A stretch of DNA of 63,978 bases, the filler included, from Saprolegnia diclina VS20 (Eukaryota): the NCBI RefSeq assembly GCF_000281045.1. It is 6 parts of one record of this genome, joined end to end, with 100 filler letters (N's around TTAATTAATTAA, not from the genome) between each part and the next. Parts side by side here need not be neighbours in the genome. Positions count along the whole stretch, not along the records: positions 53,532 to 59,077 come from NW_008246078.1; positions 59,178 to 63,978 come from NW_008246078.1; 4 more parts are not named here. The stretch is one strand, 5' to 3'. Below are positions 58,736 through 63,978 of the stretch, one piece after another. Each line of letters opens with the position of its first letter. Position 1 is the stretch's first letter. The notes under the pieces are model-generated. The model saw only the letters and a program-made list of their open reading frames with translations, searched no databases and had not been told where the DNA came from. Position numbers and translations under genes: made by a program.

Positions 58736-59037
58736 TCACGGCTCGAAGCGGCTCAGCATCGCTGACACCTCCAGCGCAGTCGGGCGACTCTCTTTGTCTT
58801 GCAAAAGACACTGTTGACCAATGTCCTGGACCCACGTCGGCACGCCTTCACCGTCAAAGGTTGGGCGCAGCGTGCCGCCCCGCACGTGGTTCATCACGTA
58901 GAGTTGGTTCACAGGATGACCCGTGTCCGGGTGGCGCAGGTCGGCGTACGGCACTTGATGCGTCGCAAACTCAGAGAGGATGACGCCAAACGAGTACATG
59001 TCGGCGGGTGCACCGTAGTGGGTGCCCGAGATGACTT
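58736..59037 (-). pseudogene. TKL kinase C-terminal fragment fused to an LRR intron
   Basis: VISGTHYGAPADMYSFG...RPTALEVSAMLSRFEP*; upstream 59042-59077 matches intron 57465-57501. Confidence 0.7.
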
Positions 59038-59077
59038 ACGGTAGCGCGGCTCGTTCAGATAAAGTTGTACACGAAAA

Positions 59078-59177
59078 NNNNNNNNNNNNNNNNNNNNNNN
59101 NNNNNNNNNNNNNNNNNNNNNTTAATTAATTAANNNNNNNNNNNNNNNNNNNNNNNNNNNNNNNNNNNNNNNNNNNN
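59078..59177. other. Artificial scaffold spacer
   Basis: N44-TTAATTAATTAA-N44. Confidence 0.97.
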
Positions 59178-59391
59178 GTCTAGCGCGCTACACACGCTGC
59201 CAGTACATTTGATATAACTTTACCGGTAATAGCATCTTTTTATATTAATCGTTGCCAATGAGAGTAGCACAAACGATGAACTCCTCCAATGCAAAATAGC
59301 GATTTATGATTAAAGAAAACTTACGAGCATTAGATCCTCTTGACCCACCAGACTGAAAACACATTGAGATGTCACGTGTCTCGCTGGGTAC

Positions 59392-59487
59392 AAGGTTGTG
59401 GTAAGGGTGTTGGCAGGGTTGTGGTAAGGGTATTGGCAGGGTTGTAGGTCCTTGACAACCCGGGTTCATTGAATAAACCCGGGTTGT
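59392..59487. repeat. 23-bp G/T-rich tandem repeat followed by a 12-bp perfect inverted repeat
   Basis: ggttgtggtaagggt(g/a)ttggcag about 2.3x; arms acaacccgggtt (59455-59466) and aacccgggttgt (59476-59487). Confidence 0.8.
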
Positions 59488-59599
59488 GGAGACCACATCC
59501 CTGCATGTTGTGTGGGTGGCTGCGACTCTGCGATGGTGTCGCAACAATCAACAGCACCACCCGCGATAACACCTTATTACTACACTGTCACTGTCAAAT

Positions 59600-60644
59600 A
59601 TGGCGCCACTCTATAACGGCGAAGACGACGACGTCGCAACGACAGAGCGGCTCCCAGTTGAGGAAACCGGACCCTTCGCATGTCTGTGCAATAATCTCGT
59701 GAAATCCTTTTGCGCCGCCACCACCGTGCGCAACAAGCGGGTCATCGTCAGTCTTGGCTTGCTCCTGCTGCTCCCTGCGGTCCTCAGTGTGCGTACGTGT
59801 TGTGAAGCTGTAGCAACCTCGTCGTCACTCTTCATTTCTAGTGTTTCTGAGCTGGAAGGTGGATGGCGTCATTGCGTGGCCGTGGGGCACTGTCTTTTTG
59901 TTTGTGTGGCTCGTGGATGCGATGTGCCTTGCGTACTACCCCCGTATCATCCCGAGGTGGTCGGCCTCGCTCGAGCTCTCGTCAAGAACGAACGCGTCTG
60001 CACTCCCTCGTGCGCGTGGAGGCTCATGTCGCTTGTAGAGTTCATTTTGTGAGCTTTGCGTGTATGGTGCTCTGCCACGTCTTTATTGCGCTGCGCCTGG
60101 ACGGTCTCGTTGACTGGAAGTGGACGTGGGTCTTGCTTCCGTTTATTCTCACTGGGATGCTCAAGCGCTCAAACCACGTTGCGGTGTTTGCGTGGCTCCA
60201 GGTTGTATTTCTCGCCCCGCGCCTCGATGCCACGCTCCTCTGGCCATGGCCCATCGTCTTTTTACCCCTGGAGCTCTACGCGATCGGCTGTCTCGCCTAC
60301 TGCGTACGTCGTCCATCTCGTTTGTTTGGTGGCTCGTTGCACTTCGATAATACGTGTCATAGATGTACACGCTGAGTACAGCGCCTCCGCGGCAAGAACG
60401 GGCCAAGGCCGGGGCGACGCTTCTCGGTCTTGTGCTCTTGCTTGGGATACCACTCGTGCTCCTACTGCTGCGGCTCGAAGGGACTTGCGAGTTCTCGGCC
60501 ATGTCCATTCTGACGTCGTGGCTCGTGGGCTATGGTATTTTGGCGATCGCGGTATGTCGTCATTTCTCAAAATGGAAATGCTCAGATCCGGGGTAGGGTT
60601 TGGCCAACATCCACTGGAGTGCGCCGCAGGATGATTTCGTGTAG
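59600..60644 (+). CDS. TMEM185/Fragile-X-F-associated-like transmembrane protein A, 5 exons
   Basis: Repeated (K/R)(V/L)DG..W.W..VF.P modules: WKVDGVIAWPW, LRLDGLVDWKW, PRLDATLLWPW, LRLEG. Confidence 0.75.
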
Positions 60645-61322
60645 TCCGTAGTCTAGTGCAGCTATTCCAACCGAGTTAAGAACGCGCATAACCCTTGCCA
60701 CTATGAAGTCTGTTGTGCCGTTTCGAGTGCAAGACCGTTGGCGGCCGTTGCAAGACCATCATGTTGTGTTGCTGCAACTTGATTCTTTTGTGTTGCACTT
60801 CCAAACCCGTGCAGGAGCGCCCACGGACGAGTCGTCTTGCGCGGACAAGACAAGCAGTGGGTGCGGACGCACACTATTCAACTCATATCTGATGTTGATG
60901 TAGCCCTAGGGAATCAATTCCCTATGACGTAACGTCTCGGGTTGATTGCACCCAGAGTAGTTTTGTGGAGTGCTTCACGCCTGGTGACGATGACCCTGCG
61001 TTGCTGGGCGCATCGGGATCGAAAGGGCCTTGGGTAGGTGGAGCTGGGGCGCCTCATTTTCTACACCGTTCGCATGGTCGTTTGGCACGGGTTTGGGGTC
61101 TCCGGAATCCCTCGTTCCATGTTAGCGGAGCAAACACTGCACCGATTCGAGTGTCGCCACCAAACTTTGGTGATTGTTGCGACAGGCAATACTTTGGAAT
61201 CGTCAATGCTGTCGATGCTAGCACACGAATCACGACCCGATCAGCACTGCAATGCTTGAACCACAGTCCACCCACAATCGCTAGCACAACCGAGCGTGTC
61301 GCAACAAGCACCAAATGTATTC

Positions 61323-61340
61323 GCTCATTCTTGCATTTCC
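61323..61340 (+). promoter_or_regulatory. Oomycete Inr+FPR core promoter
   Basis: GCTCATTCTTGCATTTCC just upstream of ATG 61347. Confidence 0.65.
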
Positions 61341-61346
61341 AAAGAA

Positions 61347-62384
61347 ATGGCGACGATCGGATTGACGCCAATTTGGGGAGTCGCCACCGAGCGTCTAGCC
61401 GACGAACGCGGACCATTCACGTACCTCTTTTACTGGTTTGTGGCGGCCTTGCGCGACGCCGACTCTGCTCGTGCCAAGCAACGTGTCTTTGGTCTTGGCC
61501 TCCTCCTCCTCCTTCCCGCCCTCCTCACTGCGTGTACTTGCGAAAAGGTCGGTATTGAAAGGAGGTGACGCTCTGCGCTGTATAGTGTGCGTCAGCTTCA
61601 AGGTCGACGGCGCGCTGGGTTGGCAGTGGCGTACGGTGTTTGCGCTCGTGTGGCTCGTGGACGCCGCGTGCCTCGTCTACTGCAATCGAGCGATTCGTAG
61701 CGCGACAATGGCGACGCTCTCGCGAACCTTGTACGTATGGAGCACTCAACGACGAGCTGGCGACTATTTTTCTCGCTTAGAGCCCACTTGGTTGTCTACA
61801 GTGGCCTCACGACGCACCACATCTTTCTCGTACTGCAGCTCGAGGGTCACATTACGTGGGGATGGAGCTGGGTCTTCTTCCCGTTCATCGCCACGGTAGT
61901 ACCCGTGCACGGCACCTTGTTGACAATAGTGGTGTGGGCACAATTGCTGCAACTCGCCCCGCGCCTCGCCGCCGCGGTACACTGGTCGTGGCTCATTGTC
62001 TTTACACCCCTGGAGCTCTACGCGATCGGCAGCCTTGTCTACTACGTACGTGGTGAATTGCTCTTTCTCCCTCTAGACACCCTCTCGACAATATTGTTTC
62101 TTGAATAGGTGTACACGCTGTGTACGGAGCGGCCACAACAACACGCACCGGCGGAGATGATGCAGTCATTGCTGGCGTGGACACTGTTGCTGGTGGCGCC
62201 TCTTGGCCTGCTTCTCGCACGGCTCGAGGGATATGCCTTTTCAAGCAGCTTCGTTGTGGCGCCGTGGTTCCTTTTCTATGGTCTTTTCGCACTTTGGGTC
62301 TCTCCGATATTGCTCACACCGAACCAAACTCATTGATGTCTGGGGTAGGGTTGGTTGAAAATCACACAGCGGCGATTGATCTAG
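61347..62384 (+). CDS. TMEM185-like transmembrane protein B, 5 exons
   Basis: Same exon structure and motifs as A (FKVDGALGWQW, LQLEGHITWGW, PRLAAAVHWSW, ARLEG). Confidence 0.75.
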
Positions 62385-62968
62385 ACCAACTGAACCACAC
62401 ACTATGCACAGATTACCCATGGTCTAGCTTACATAACGAACAATATCACTTTCATATTTGCATTCTACCCCACACATCTCAGACCGTGCCACGGTACAGC
62501 ACACTGCGTGCCTAGGATTTCTTACAGGGTTTGGCCGTCGCACCGCGCAAGGATGCAGATTCGCGGTATCGTGACGTTATAACAGGATGCGCCCCTAGTG
62601 ACACCAAGTCGCCCACGACTAGTGTCGTGAAGTGGTCGTCGTCGTGGACGCAATGTGCGGGTTCCGGGTATATTTGACTCTGTTTATCTTCGCACAGCAT
62701 ACTGCCTATTCTGCGTTTCTATTCCCTACAGCCTACAGTTGTACTGGGGCACGCCACGACCGTCATTGGGATGTGCAGACCACATCACCACACTAGCGCG
62801 TCAAGCCTGAGACAACAACGTTGTTTTGGTTTGTGATTCCAATCCAATGAGTGTAGTACGCATCGCACTCGGATTTTTCTTGTCGCTCAGGCTCGACGCT
62901 CGATGGCCTGTTCTTAAGCACTACGACGTCAGCTCTGGGACGAGAGCGATCTTTCGAGATCCCTCGTT

Positions 62969-63560
62969 TCAAACAGCTTCTGCTTCCGCATCGTCTTCAA
63001 CGTAAAAGAGGACAATGACCGCACCCTACATATGCACCGATGAGAAATGGTATAATCCAACATTCCAACTGTCGTACGACGGCAATCAAAAGTGCCATGG
63101 CGCCAAAGTAGGGCAAGCCAATCACAAGGGTCGAGTACCCTGGATCCGCGTCCAGTTGCCGCGTGAGCAGCGCCAACAACGCGACGGGCGCGCCGACGCA
63201 AACATAGCAAGGCGAGGCCGCCACACGCCAGCAAGTTGGACGATGACGTGTCGTTATCATCGAGCAGAAGAAACATCAGAAACCCCTACACAAACACGTC
63301 CATGACGGAAATCGGTCAAAAGGTGACGTACAAGACCGGCCAGTACAAGGCCTAGTAGCAGCCATGTGGGTATAAAGACATAGCCCCAGCCAAAGCCGAG
63401 GAGCCCGTCCAGTCGAAGTAGCACGAGCGCATACTGGAGCGTGAAGGCGATGCTCACGGCAAACCAGTCGCTGCACATATCCGCGGCGAGAAGCAATGCG
63501 AAAGTAATAAAGTCCGTAGCTGGTGCGTTCAAGTTTCTCTGTCGGCGTTCCTGTCCATGA
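62969..63560 (-). pseudogene. TMEM185-like fragment with apparent frameshift
   Basis: LLRLDGLLGFGWGYVFIPTW and TRQLDADPGYSTLVIGLPYF lie in different frames around 63205; no clear 5' half. Confidence 0.55.
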
Positions 63561-63612
63561 AACCCGAGTGCTGTCACATTCCACAGAGCGAGGACTTGGA
63601 TTTCAATCAATT

Positions 63613-63978
63613 CTATTCTGCGTGTAGGCTACATCCTGCGAAAACAGCACCATACACGGCGCCTGCATCCCTGCGCTGGGCGACGACCAAACCCTACCCC
63701 AGACGACAATGAGTTTGGTTTGGTATAAACGATGTACCCAAAGCGCGAGCAGGCCATAGAATAGACACTACGGCACCACAATAAATCTGGTCGGGAATTG
63801 ACATCCCTCGAGGCGTACGAGGAGTAGTCCAAGGGGCGCCACAAGCAGAAGTATACACGCCAGTAGCGACACCATCGTCACAGCCAGTGGCAGTGGCCGC
63901 TCCGCACACAGCGTGTACACCTATCAGCACATAATTTAGAGGGACAACAACAGTCAGCCACGTACATAGTAGACAAGG
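63613..63978 (-). pseudogene. TMEM185-like paralog C, 3' part, with premature stop; cut by window end
   Basis: VYTLCAERP...VAPLGLLLVRLEG aligns to paralog B; the Trp codon of B (CCG TGG) is CCG TAG at 63768-63770. Confidence 0.7.

Noticed and set aside
59392..59446. Telomeric repeat
   Set aside because: 23-bp unit rather than tandem TTTAGGG/TTAGGG, and internal to a scaffold

Overview
Eukaryotic genomic DNA, most likely from a saprolegnialean oomycete (Saprolegnia/Achlya-like). This is an inference from GC-rich codons, many 40-60 nt GT-AG introns, oomycete Inr/FPR promoter motifs and the gene repertoire. The window is six draft scaffolds joined by 100-nt artificial spacers (N44-TTAATTAATTAA-N44), with further N gaps, so long-range order is unreliable; bases 1-95 are the exact reverse complement of 31906-32000. 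Housekeeping genes (DUF1764, RPB8, PET100-like, DUS, TIM17, SNARE, ankyrin-SAM, sphingosine kinase, TXNDC9, PDAP1-SAP) flank several expanded, fast-evolving families. These are a secreted tyrosinase cluster that includes PAN/Apple-tyrosinase fusions, Cys-rich and LRR receptor kinases of the TKL group, a one-exon-per-repeat ankyrin gene, two Cys-type GSTs and a TMEM185-like array with pseudogenes. The best candidate for an undescribed system is a lectin-targeted phenoloxidase plus receptor-kinase (defence or melanisation) island. That is a hypothesis from domain content and co-location, not something shown. Exon boundaries and family names come from manual reading and motif recall, not database searches.
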